A program made the position numbers and the translations under genes. From Anaeramoeba ignava BMAN (lineage: Eukaryota; Protista; Anaeramoebae): 64,000 nucleotides of DNA. Positions 36,793-50,300 of the stretch are shown piece after piece. The stretch covers positions 62,001-126,000 of the forward strand of contig JAPDFW010000044.1 in assembly GCA_028826165.1 (NCBI GenBank), in the 5' to 3' direction. Positions within the stretch are counted from its first letter, which is position 1, and every line of letters starts with the position of its first letter. The notes beneath the pieces were generated by a model. It worked only from the letters and a program-made list of their open reading frames with translations. It was not told where the DNA came from and made no database searches.

Positions 36793-39700
36793 ATGAATGA
36801 AGATTTAAAATTTGTAAATAAAATTAAAAAAATTAAAAAAATTAAAATTAAAATTAAAATTTAAAAAATTTAAAAGCAAAATGAATTGAATGAATTTACT
36901 CAAATTATTACAGAATTATTCAACCCAAATATTCAACAACAAAGAAAAGAACAAATAGGTAATTTTTTATTAAAAAACAAACAATTCGAAAAAAGCAAAA
37001 AAAAAATATTTTAAAAAATATTTTTATTTATTTTTTGATTAATTTTTAATAAAAAATTATTTATTTAGAAAATATGCTTTTTGAGTATCAATCCCAACAA
37101 CAAAATTTATTGTATTTGATTCATTTTTTAAGTTATTCAGATAATAAATATATTTTATGGTATTCTTGTACCGAATTCGAAAAGATTATTAAACATAAAT
37201 GGAATTTGGTTTCAAATGATCAACAAAAAGAATTAACTCAATTTTTAATGGATTTTTTGACAACTCGAAATTCTGTAAAAAATTTAAAAATTAAAAAATT
37301 AAAAATTAAAAATTAAAAATTAAAAAATTAAAAATTAAAAATTAAAAAAATTATAGAAATTTTCTGCTTTTGAAAGAAATAAAATTATTAAAGTAATTGT
37401 GGAAATTGCAAAAAAAAATTGGCCAAATTATTTTCCAGATTTATTTCCTTTCATTGAAAATTTAATAAATGTAAAATCAAATATTATATTATATTAAAAT
37501 TTATATTAAAATTTATATAAAAATAAAGATGATTGAAACTACAAAATTAGGTCTTTCCATTTTAAAAATTATTATTGAAGAATTTATATCAGGAAAAAAT
37601 GATATTCCTTCACAAAGAAGAGGAGAATTAAAACAAAATCTTTCAGAACAAATTCCAAATATTTTATGTATTTATTTTCATAAAAAAATTTTTTATTGAA
37701 AGAAAAAATAAATTGATTTTCTTGATTAAAAACAAACAAAAGTAATGCTTCAAAATACACTTGAAAAAGCACTTGAAAGTCAAAAAGATTTTTCTTCTCG
37801 AAATATTTCTCAAATCAACTCAATATATTCTTCGCCTCCAATATTTCAATTTAAAAGAAATCAACAAAATCAAAAACTAAATTACAATTCATCAATAAAT
37901 CCAGATCTTGAACAAATTATATCATCAGTTTTTGGTAAGTAAATTAGAAATAAAATTCAATTTAAAATTCAATTTAGAATTTAATTTATTTTTGTTTATT
38001 AGAATGCTTACTTGAAATTTTTACTTGGATTGATTTAAATAAATTATTATCAAATTCATTCATTTCTTTAATTGCGAAATTTGTACCAATTACAAAAACA
38101 CAAACGATTGAAATTTCAAGTGGAATTCAAGCTTTATCGTGTTTTATTGAGATTCTATCAAGAAATTATGTTCCATTAAACTCAACGGATTTCATCACAA
38201 TAATATTTGATTTGCTTGTTTCCTTAATAAGAAAATGGCAGGAAACACCAGAAATCATACTAGATTTGAGCGTTCTTTACATGTCAAAATATCTACATTT
38301 GTTTGAGTTGTTTATGAGCCGATATTTCACGCTTCTTGAGTCGAATCAATTCTCACTTGAAGAATTATTTTCATTACTTTTTAAATTCCAACGTATTTTT
38401 CTTTCTTCTTATGATTCACATTCAATCCTCGATAACAAGGAGGATTTAGTGGAAGGAAACGTTACATTGTTTATGAATTGCATTGATATTTGGAATATTT
38501 TTGTGGAATCAATTGAAACATCTCAAGACACAAATATTATGGAAAAATATTCAAGCGGAATTCTTGTTGTTTTTAAAGAAATGATTGAGTTGATTTTCTT
38601 CAGTCAAAATTCCCAAAAGTTAAGTCTTCTTGATACAGAAATCAAAGACGAAAACGGACAAACCGAGCTTGATGGATTTATCAGCAAAATCAAGGAGCTT
38701 TTGATCAGAATAGCATGGATATTCCCAGAACAAGCCATTGAGACAATATCGGGCTATTTTGGATCGCAAACAGCCAATTTCTTCCAAGTGAATCAAGTGA
38801 TCGGGAACAACCAGATCCCAGGAGAAGAAGATGCGCGGTTAATTCAGTATCTTCTTCTCGATCTGAAAATCATCTGCAGAATGTTTGGTGAAATGGGCGA
38901 ATATTTTGTCAACGGATTTGAACAAAAATTGGAATTTGCATCGAATATTGTGAATAATTTTTGTGACATTGCAATTTACTCAAATGAATACCAGCTCTTC
39001 TTATTGAATCAAGAATTTTCCAGTGTTTATAGTCAAGCAATATTATCTCTATCAGGATTTTCGAAATGGATATATTTACTCAATGAAATGGCAGTTGAAG
39101 GACAAAATCCGGATATAACAAATGATGTGATTGAAGCGTTATTCAATAAAATAATGGAGTTTATGATCCCTGTTTTTATCAATAATCAACAAATGACATC
39201 ATTTGATCCAAATTTTATAGCAAATAACACTCAAAATATCAATAATTCCGCAAACAGCGATTCTCAGCAAATAGATGTCAATAACAGTATATATCCAAAC
39301 GAAATACTCCATTCAGCATGTGTATTGCTCAACTCGCTTTCTCTTTCTGTTCGCACACAAGAACTACTCTCACTTCCTCAAGTAGCATTTCTGTTTGCAA
39401 ATGCGTACAAAATCTCACAAAATTTTTCACTCAAAAATCAATCCATTTTTTATTCTGCTTTATCAAGACTGCTTATTTTCCCATTCAATAAATTATTAGA
39501 TTCCCAACAAGAATGGGAAGGAAGACGGGAAAAATTCATTGAGTTTTCACAAGATTTAACCCTGAATATCGAGGAGTTCTCCACTCTAACTCCTCCAGAA
39601 GCAGCTGCTCCAGAAATGCAATCAAAAATCATTCGAACTTACAAAATCATCAATTCTCTTGTCAAATCTCTTGAGGAAGGAAACATCAAATCTCGCGAAA

Positions 39701-41145
39701 TTTTCACTTCCATTTTTGGTCGCAATGTGTTAGATGTTTGCTTTGATTTGCTCCAAGTTTGTCCTGAAAGTGGTTCAATACAAATAATTATCCTCAAAAC
39801 TTACTATCATTATTTTCATCACTTGAAAACTCAAATCGGAGTTGATTATGTTCAAGAAAGAATCAAGGCTGCTTTATTTATTTATTCCCAAAATTCCCTA
39901 TTTTTTAAATATTTGGATCGTAAAACTTTTGTTCTTTTGATTAAAATTCTTCAAAATACATTGAATGAAACCACAAGAGTTTCTCATTATGAGAATTTGA
40001 TTCCAGATATTATTAAATTTTTGATTGAAGATTTACTTCCACATACGATTACAGTAAGTGAAATATAAAATTAAAATTCATTTATAAAATCAAAATTCAT
40101 TTATAAAATTAAATTCATTTATAAAATTAAAATTCATTTATAAAATTAAAATCCATTTATAAAATTAAAATTCATTTATAAAATTAAAATTCATTTATAA
40201 AATTAAAATTCATTTATAAAATTAAATTTCATTTATAAAATTAAATTCATTTATAAAATTAAAATTCATTTATAAAATTAAAATCTATTTATAAAATTAA
40301 AATTCATTTATAAAATCAAAATTCATTTATAAAATCAAAATTCATTTATAAAATTAAATTTCATTTATAAAATTGAAATCAATTATAAAATTAAAATTCA
40401 TTTATAAAATTAAAATTCATTTATAAAATCAAAATTCATTTATAAAATCAAAATTCATTTATAAAATTAAATTCATTTATAAAATTAAAATTCATTTATA
40501 AAATCAAAATTTATTTATAAAATTAAAATTCATTTATAAAATTAAAATTCATTTATAAAGCAATCAAATGATAATGCTTATATAAGATTGCAATTATTCG
40601 AATTGATTTATACACTTTTATTACAAAGATGGAATTACTTTATAAATTTAAACCAAAATCTTCAATCAAATTTAACTATTAAAATCAACAACATTTTAAT
40701 GTCTCCTAATGACCAATTTATTGGATTGATAAATATAATTCTTGATTGTTGTGCTAATTGCAATGATATAAATTTATATAAACTAAATTTGGATGGTTTA
40801 TTGGAATTGGAAAAAATTCGTCAATTGTTTAAAAATTCAATTTTCTTAAATCAATTTGCTGTTGATTTCTTAAATACTTTTTTAAGAGTTTTAATAGAAA
40901 AAACTCAACAATCTCTTCGAAATGAAATTATTCAAGTCATTTGGTCTATTTCTTCATCTGATATTAATGGTTTTTATAATAAATTTCTTGTTGAATTCTT
41001 AGAAAATTCTCAAGAAATTGAAATTGAAGATAAAAATATTTTGATAAATCAATTTAAACAAGAAACTGATTTACCTACATTTACATTACAAATTAATCAA
41101 TTTATTCATGATTATTGTTTTTTCAGAGAATTAAAGAAGAATTAA
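36793..41145 (+). CDS. XPO6: Exportin-6-like karyopherin-beta; multi-exon
   Basis: Importin-beta-N-type start (KYILWYSCTEFEKIIKHKW), Xpo1 region (RNKIIKVIVEIAKKNWPNYFPD), and a C-terminus (LRVLIEKTQQSLRNEII..SDINGFYNKFLVEFL..DLPTFTLQINQFIHD) that resembles exportin-6. Confidence 0.78.
40066..40560 (+). repeat. Intronic ~19-bp minisatellite (AAAATTAAAATTCATTTAT)n
   Basis: Directly visible in exportin intron 40054-40560; runs right up to the AAG acceptor. Confidence 0.92.
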
Positions 41146-41348
41146 AAATAATTCCCAAAAGAAAAAAGAAAAAAGAAAAAAGAAAAAGAAAAAAGAAAAA
41201 AGAAAAAAGAGGAAGAAAAAATAAAAGAGGAAAATTTTTATAAAAATAAAAGAGGAAAATTTAATTAAAATTAAAATAAAACCTAAATTAAAAAAAAAAT
41301 TTTTTTTTCCTTTTTTCATTTTTTCATTTTTTTTCTTTTAAAATAAAA

Positions 41349-44300
41349 ATGAAAATGAATAATTCAAAAAAACAAATTATTCGTGTTTTTGCTCATTTAA
41401 AAAATCAAAAAAAAGGCAAAAATAAAGATGATTTAGTTTATATTGAAGAAAACGGACAAAAAAAAAACAAAACAAGAACGAAAATGGAAAAAATAATAAA
41501 TTATGAAACAAATCAAAATCAAAATCAAAATCAAAACCAAAATCAAAATCAAAATCAAAATGAAAATGTAATTTGGTTTGTAGAAATCCAATTCTCAAAA
41601 AGTGATTTAAACGAAGAAAACAAGAAATTTGCATTCAGTGGATTTTATAATAAAGAATTTGAAATACCTTTAATTAAAAAAAAGCAAAAAAAAAAAGCAA
41701 AAAAGAACAAATTGAAAATCAAATTGAAAATCAAATTGAGATTCCAATCAGCAATTTTTTTTATATTCAACCAAAAACAAAAAATGAAATTGAAGTTGGA
41801 GCTAATTTATTATATGCTATTCTTGATAAATCTGTTGTTGATCTAAAAAAGGAATTAAGATCAACTCAGAAAATGATAATTTTTTGGAATTCAATAAGAG
41901 AATTTCAAGATCACCAAATATTTACAAGAAAAAAAAAGCCAATCCAATTTAATCGAGTTGTTGAAAGTTATTTCAATTCCCTCTTATCTAAAAACAAATT
42001 TATCAAACCAGAAAAATTCAATGCAGAAAAAGCTATTTGTTTGTTTGCTTTATCAAAATTTTCAAATTTAATGATTACGCACTTAATGACTTTTCTTATT
42101 GCGGATACTGAAAAAAAAATAGTAGAAGAAACTATGGGTTTAGTTGAGGAAATTTCTTTTACCAATAAGCCAGGATTATTAGATTTGAAAAAAACATTAC
42201 TTGAAGTTTTCGAAATGACTGAAAAGAATTCCCAAGAATATTTTATCGTATATCCTTTTTATTTAACCTTATCATTCAATAATAATAAAGAAGAATTGTT
42301 GCTAAACCAAAATTCTATTGTGGATGTTTTGAATCAAATATTTTCATCCTTTATTTTTTATGGAAATGTTACTTTATTTTTTCAAATTTTAAACAGAATC
42401 ATTGATTCAAGAAGAGATGATGATCAACAACGTTTCATCCATATGTTTTTCAAGAAATTAATTTATTCAAATAATAATAAACTTTTATTTTTTATAGAAG
42501 AAGAGTTATTTCGAAATTTTCTTTCCACATTAATCAACAAATGGAAATTTCAAACTTTTCAAAAATGTTTGAAACAATTCTCAAAGCTATATAATTCATT
42601 TTCAGATTATATTCACAATCCTAACAAATATAAGACGAAAAATTCACAACAAAATTCACAACAAAATTCACAACAAAATTCACAACAAAATTCACAACAA
42701 AATTCACAACAAAATTCACAACAAAATTCACAACAAAATTCACAACAAAATTCACAACAAAATTTAGAACAAAATTTAGAACAATTTGAAGACTTTTATA
42801 TAATCAATAATCAAAATATTAATCAAAATATTAATCAAAATAATAATCAAAATAATAATCAAAATGATAAGCAAAATATTAATCAAAATAATAATCAAAA
42901 TAATAATCAAAATGATAATCAAAATATTAATCAAAATGATAAGCAAAATGATAAGCAAAATAATAATCAAAATAATAATCAAAATATTAATCAAATTAAT
43001 AATCAAAATAATAATCAAAATGATAAGCAAAATATTAATCAAAATATTAATCAAAATAATAATCAAAATATTAAGCAAAATAATAAGCAAAATGATAAGC
43101 AAAATATTAATCAAATTAATAATCAAAATATTAATCAAAATATTAATCAAAATATTAATCAAAATAATAAGCAAAATGATAAGCAAAATATTAATCCAAA
43201 ATAATAATCAAAATGATAATCAAAATAATAATCAAAATGATAAGCAAAATGATAATCAAAATAATAATCAAAATAATAATCAAATTAACAATCAAAATAT
43301 TAAGCAAACTAAGAAGGTTCGAATTGATAGTGAATTATCTCTTTCTACTGATGATGAGACTGAAGATTCTTCTAATATATTTAATACTGAGACAGATACT
43401 AATACTGATTTTTATTCAGATTATAATCCAGATGATTACTCTGAATTTTATTCTCAATCCAAACAACAAGATCAACAAGATCAACAAAATATCCAATCAC
43501 ATGAAGATAAAATATTATTAAATTTCAGAACAGTATTTATTGAAAATATAAAACTCTATTTTTCAGGAAAATTACCAAAAGATTGTTTAGAAGAAATTAT
43601 TGATTCTCAATTTACACTATTGCAAAATATCCCAAATTTTATCTTACAATTTCTCCAAAAATTCATCAAGAAAAATTATTTGGAGATTCCTAAAGAGGAA
43701 TTAGTTGAGAACCAAAAAATTATTCAAAATGTTTCTTTAATAAAAATTCAAATCCCAGAATGGAAATTATTCATTAAAGATTTTCCAGAGGATAGTGAAT
43801 TCTTGAATATTGATATTTTAATTCAAAATTTACAGAATTCTCCCAGAAATTACTTTCTAGTAATAAAATGGATCAGAAATATTAACTTACAACAATTTGA
43901 GGAAAAAAAACCTAAATTTATTGAAAAAATCCACCAAATTGATGAAAAAATCAAAAATATTATTCAAACAGTGAGACAAAACATCTCATTCAAAAGTTTG
44001 CAGCAAATTATACAAAAAAGAGATTTTTTTGAAGATCTTTTCAGCTTTTATTCTGAAAAAATTGATCCTCTTTTGGAAACTTACAATACATTATCACAAC
44101 AAAAGGAATATTTAATTGAAATCCAAAAAATCAAATTTTCTCATTCATCAAAATCAAAATCTCAAATAAAGGTTTTAAATCTTTTCGAAGACGAGAATAT
44201 TAAAATAGATTTACTTGAAGAATCAATTCAAAATTTGAATCTCAAGTTCGATATTGTTTATGAACTAATCAAATTGAGGGAAAACAATTTCTTTCGTATT

Positions 44301-47300
44301 CATATTTATGATCCTTTTATGAATACTCAAAAAAACTCAATTTCACTATCAACACTGGAATCAAACACAAAGGAAATGACAACAAAACCACAAAAAATTT
44401 TGGATTCAATCTTACAAAAAAAAATCACACTTGATGAACTTGAAAATTTTTTTCCAACTCAAAACCAAAATCTAAATAACAAACCAGAACAAGAATTTCA
44501 AAACTTTATTAAACTTCTAAAAAATTCATCCAATGATAAAATTGATAAACTAAAACAAAATATCCAAAATTATCAGCAATACAAATCAAATTTATTTAAT
44601 ATCCCAAATGAAATTTTCCTCTTTCTTTCTTTGATTAGATTTGAAAATGATTTATATTCGCATTTTTTTGATTCTAATTGGTTAAGTTCTCAAAATTTAA
44701 ATCAAATAGAAGTATTGAATCCAATTTCGGAAAAATTGATTGTATTAAATAATAGCCAACAAAAAAATATCTTCAAATACCTTGTCTTATTAATTGAATT
44801 TGTCGATCAATTTGAAACTGAAGAAAAACAGGAATTTTTCTATAAATCAATTCAGAATCAAAATTTTGATATCGATTTTTTGCGTAACATTTCAAAAATA
44901 ACAAGGGAATTAATTTTATCTTTGAATAGTTGTCAATCAACAGAACTTATAGTTCAGGAATTGGATAATTTCCAAAAACAAACGACGGAAATTATAGGTA
45001 GTAAAATAGATTTATTGCCAGAAATTCTAAACCTAGAAAAGGAAAGACAATCTCTTTTTTCAAATCATCGTCAACAACAATTATATCAGCTATTCAAATT
45101 TTTTGCAATTTATCCCTTAAAAATGGTATTCAAAATACCATCAAAAACAAATGAAATTTTTTCATGCGAAATTACTACTTATAAAAAAGAAATATTCAAC
45201 CTAGTTGATCTCTCCAAAATATATTTTACTTGCTCAAATATTGATTTAGTTCAAGAAGAACAATTTCTTTCAAAAATCAAAAAAACTATCGAAAAAACCA
45301 CAAATCATATCAACTATTTCCAAAAAATATATCAGATAATCCAAAGAATAGTCCAAATATATTATGATCTGGAAAAAAATGGTTATGAAATATTATATGA
45401 CAGCAATATTATTACTATTTATTATCATCAAACATTCTATCCAAATCAATTCAAAAGAATTTTACTCCAATATGAACAAGAACTTTCCCAAAAATTATCT
45501 CAATTTAAAAAGGATAAAAATGAACTTTACCAACGATTTTTTGTCTTTTCTTTCTATTCTCTCGAACAATTTAGGAAGATTTATCAAGATTTCCATTTAA
45601 AAAATGAAGAAATATCACAAGATTTACTTCATCTTCTTCAATTTTTCTCTCCAAATTTATCCAAGCAAAAACAAGAAGAATTTATTAAAATAAACCAAAA
45701 CTTTTTGAGGAATGAGAAAAAAATTAGTTTGATTGATTTTACTCAAAAACTCGAATATTTTTGTGATCTTAAGAGTTCAATAGAACAAAGAATAATCAAA
45801 ATTAATGAAAATATTTTAGAAAAATCCAAAGAACAAATTTCTCAATTTAATCAAATTTTTGATAATCAAAATCAAAAACCAAAATTTTTCTTTTATAAAT
45901 TAGAAAAAGAAAAAGAAATTTATGAAATTGTTACAAGTTTATATTTAGGATATTGTAATCATTTCCCTTTAAAAGAAAATGTATTAATTTGTGATTCAAA
46001 TTCAACAAAAAATGATATTAACAATTTCTTTAATATTTACCAAATTTATAATGAAAAACATGAAAATATCCCAAAAAACAAATATTTATTTTCAATTCTT
46101 CATTCACATAAATTATCTCAAGAATGTTTACAAGTATTAACTAAAAAAATTCAAGATATTTCTTTCACAATTCATTTCCCATTAATAATATTCTTTTATG
46201 AAGAGAACATGGGATCTTTCAAAATGATTGATGAATTCCCAAAATGTTTAATAACAGAGAAATTCGAAATTCTTTCCAAAAACCAAATAACACAAATTTA
46301 CCAAAATTATCACAAACTTTATCCAAAAATACAATTATTTACTTCTAAAATTAGTGGAATGGGAAAAACTTATCAAATCCGCAAAATTTTTTTTGAAAAT
46401 TACGAATCAAATTCTTCATACTATTTCAATATCGTTTTATCAAAAGGAACATCAAGTGAATTTATTGAACAATTTTATTTAATTCTCGATGAAAGCAAAG
46501 CCGAAAAGGAAGAAAAAAAGTTTCTTCATATTGAATTACCTTTTTCACCTGAATTAGAAACTTTAGATTTTATTTGGGGATTTACAATGTGGAATTTATT
46601 TGAAAACAAAAAGAAAAATCATCAAATCTCATTTTCAATTTGAATCAAGAAGATTTAGGTTATTATTTTTTAGCTTTTGAAATTCCAAGTAATAGAAAAG
46701 AAAATTCAGAAAATGGATTAAATGATTTTAGTCCATTGAAATATTTCCAGGAAACAGAATGCCAAGTTAATGGTGATGAATTTTTATTCAAAAAATATAA
46801 TATCAACTCAAAAATAGATATTGAACAAATTGAAGATCAAAATTTGAAAAATGTTGCTAAATTAATTGAATTAAGTAACGAAAATTTCCAAAATTTTTAC
46901 AAAATAAAACCCTCAAATCGAATCATAGAAATATCTGAAAAAGAACCAGATAAAAACGAATTCTTTAATTTAATCTCAAACAAAATTTCAGAAAAAGTAC
47001 CAAATGGACAATTTACTTTCAAACTATTTTTCAATATTTGGTCTATCCTTAAAAACAAATATTACGATACCTCCATTTATAAATTTTCAGAAAATGAAAC
47101 ATTGTATCAAGGATTCATTTCTCAAGTATTTTCATTGTATGTGGATTCGATGATAGAAATATCTCGAAATTCGTTTCATCAACATTTAACATCAACAATT
47201 GGAGACACAATAGTAAATGAAATGGAAGATTTCTCAAACTTACTAAAAGATAAAATTCCTTGGAATGAAAGAACATTATGTTTCCCAATTTTTTCAGTTC

Positions 47301-50300
47301 TTGATAGAAATGAAAAAAATTTCAAATTTATTCTGATTTCCAATAAAGATTCCAATTTCCATATAGAAGACTTTGATTCTATTTCATTTGAGAATGATAT
47401 CTCGATCCAAGCGAATATATCAAATGAAGAAGAACTACAAATTTCCATCAAAGATTTTTTTGGAATTTTAGAATTAATAGTTGAAAGAAAATTAAAAGAA
47501 ACAGAAAGTCTTATAAAAGATTATCCAAAATTTCTCACTTCAAATAATATGATGAAAATGATTTACATTCAATTCAAATTATTAGCAAAACTTCCAGTTA
47601 TTTTTATTGGAGGAAATGATTATGAGAAAAATTTATTAATTCATTATTTATTAGAAGAAATCTTAAAACAAAAATTAATAATTTTAAATATCAATTCTAA
47701 AACAACCAGAAAAGATATTGAACAAATTATTGAAAAAGCTGAAAATATTATCAAAGAAAATCCAAATTCAAAAATTAATATTTTATTCAATGATTTCAAT
47801 ACAGGATCAAAAGAATGCATAATTTTATTAAAGAAAATTTTAATAGATCGATCTTTTGATTTATTAAATTTACCCTATGAAATTAATTTATTAGCTTCAA
47901 TCAAATCATTTCAATCAAAACAATATTCTTCTCAAATCAAATCAAATGAATCAAATGAATTAAATATAATTGAAGAAATAATTTCAAAACCTCAATTAAT
48001 TCCTGATTCATTTTTTGAAGATATTTATGATTTTGGGAATTTAAGCGAAAAAGGAGAAAACAATTATATTTTATCAATGATTTACCAAAAACTTCCTCAA
48101 AATTTTAGTTAATATTGATAAAGAAAAAATTATTCAAATTATTTTAGAAACAATTAATTTTTCAAGAAATTATATCCAACAACAAAACAAAACAAATTAT
48201 TCTATTCAATCATTACAAGATGTTTTCATATTTCTCAATATTTTCCAATGGTTAATTGAAAAAGAAATTTGCAAAAAATTATCTCAAGAAAAACAAGATA
48301 ATGATGATTATAATAATATTATTAATGATAATGATTATATCTTGCAAAGTATTCTATTATCTTTATTTGTTGTTTATGGATCATATTTTATTGGAGAAGA
48401 AAAAGATGATTTTTTATTAAATGTTGAAGAAAATTTAAAAAAAGATTCAGAAACAATAAAAATTAAAGAAATTATTGATAAATTAACAAAAAGTTTAATT
48501 CAATTAATTCAATTTAATTTAACCCAAACAAATCTTTTCCAAAATCAAAATTTTAATGAAAATATTTTATCAATATTTATTTCATTTTTTACACAAATAC
48601 CTTTATTAATAATTGATAATTTAGGTAAATTAATAACAAAAACAATAACAAAATAATTATTAAATTAAATTATTTTATTTTATTTAAAACAAAAATAGCA
48701 ATTTCAAAAAAATCTTTTCAATTCATTTTCAATTCATTTTCATCTTCTCAAAACCAAAATCAAAATTTAATTTCAAAACAATGGAATCTTCCACAAATAA
48801 AACAATTCGAAATTCAATGTTCGCAAATATTTACAGAAGAATATCTTCAAAATCAATTTCAAAAAATCAAACAACAACAACAACAACAACAAATTATTCC
48901 AATAATAATTTTAAAAGATTTCACAAATTTATCAAAAGAAAATTTAATTATGATTCATTCAAAAACCAAAAAAATTATGAATAAAATGATTTATAATTCA
49001 AATTCAAATCCAAAATTTACATTAATTTTATTAACAAATACAAATACAAATTTTGAAATTTCAGGATTAACTTCAAGAAATTTATTATTAAATTTAAATC
49101 AAAATGATTTAGAAATCGTAACAAAAGAAATTATAAAATCATTCCCTAAAAAATACCCAGAAATTATCCCAATATTTTTGTTGAATTATTTTCTAAAATT
49201 TATCAAAATCAAAATGAAATAATTTCAAAACAATTTAAAACAATTCTTCAAGAAAATCAACCACCATTAAATTTTTATGGAATTAAAGATTATCAATATT
49301 TCCTTAATAATATTGGATTTTATTATGGAAATGAACAAAAGAAAAAACTACTTCTAGATATTTGTTATGAATCTCTTTCTAGAAATTTTGGAATTAAATC
49401 AAAAATATTAAATCAAATTTTGGAAAATAGTAAAATTGAAGAATTTGAAAAACTTCCAGAATTCAATTCATTTCAATTAATAAAAGAAAATATTCAAGAA
49501 TTATCAAAAGAAAATGAAATTCAAACATATTCAGATTTTATAAAAACATCAAGACATTTAATGATATTTATTCCAAATATTTCAATTTTTTCAATAATTT
49601 TACAATATTTTTCCAGAAATTCAATCATTTTATTTGATTCAAATTCATTAATAAAATCAGAATCACAAATAGAAAATGAAAATCAAGAAAAAGAAGAAAT
49701 TAATAAAGCATTAGATATTATCGAAAAATGTATTTATGAAGGAAAAATGTTAATTCTTCTTGATTATCAAAAAATTTATCCATTATTAGATGATTTATTT
49801 AATCAAAATTATATTAAAGAAAATGAAAAATTTTATACAACAATTCTTTTTGGAAATGAAATAAGAAAAATTGAAATGAATCCAAATTTCAGATTAATAA
49901 TTATAACAACAAAAGCAATTGAATATGAATTTAATCAACCTAATTTATTAAATCAATTTGAAAAACATTTAATTGATATTTCTTCTTTTAATATCCCAAA
50001 AGAATCAATATCCAAAATATCCAAAATATTAAATCCAATCAAAAAATTTACTGAAAACAAAATTAAAAAAGAAGATTTAATTATTGAATTTAATCAAAAC
50101 TCATTTTCTTCACTTATTCTTAAATATCAAAATGAAAGACATCAAGATAAAAAAATCAAAAAGAAAATTATTCAATTTTTTAAATTTGAAAAAATGATTG
50201 AAATTAAAGAATTATTATCAGAAAAACAAAAAGAAAAACAAATTCAAAAAGTTAATCAAATCAAAGAAGAATATTTTTCATCTATTTACAATAATTTTGA

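Noticed and set aside
43195-49222. Euplotes-style programmed +1 frameshifting at AAA-TAA (ORF ends at 43204 and 49222)
   Set aside because: The required shifts are +1 at one site and -1 at the other, the other breaks lack the motif, and the 43195 site is an extra C in an AATCAAAAT repeat. Indel error is the simpler explanation.
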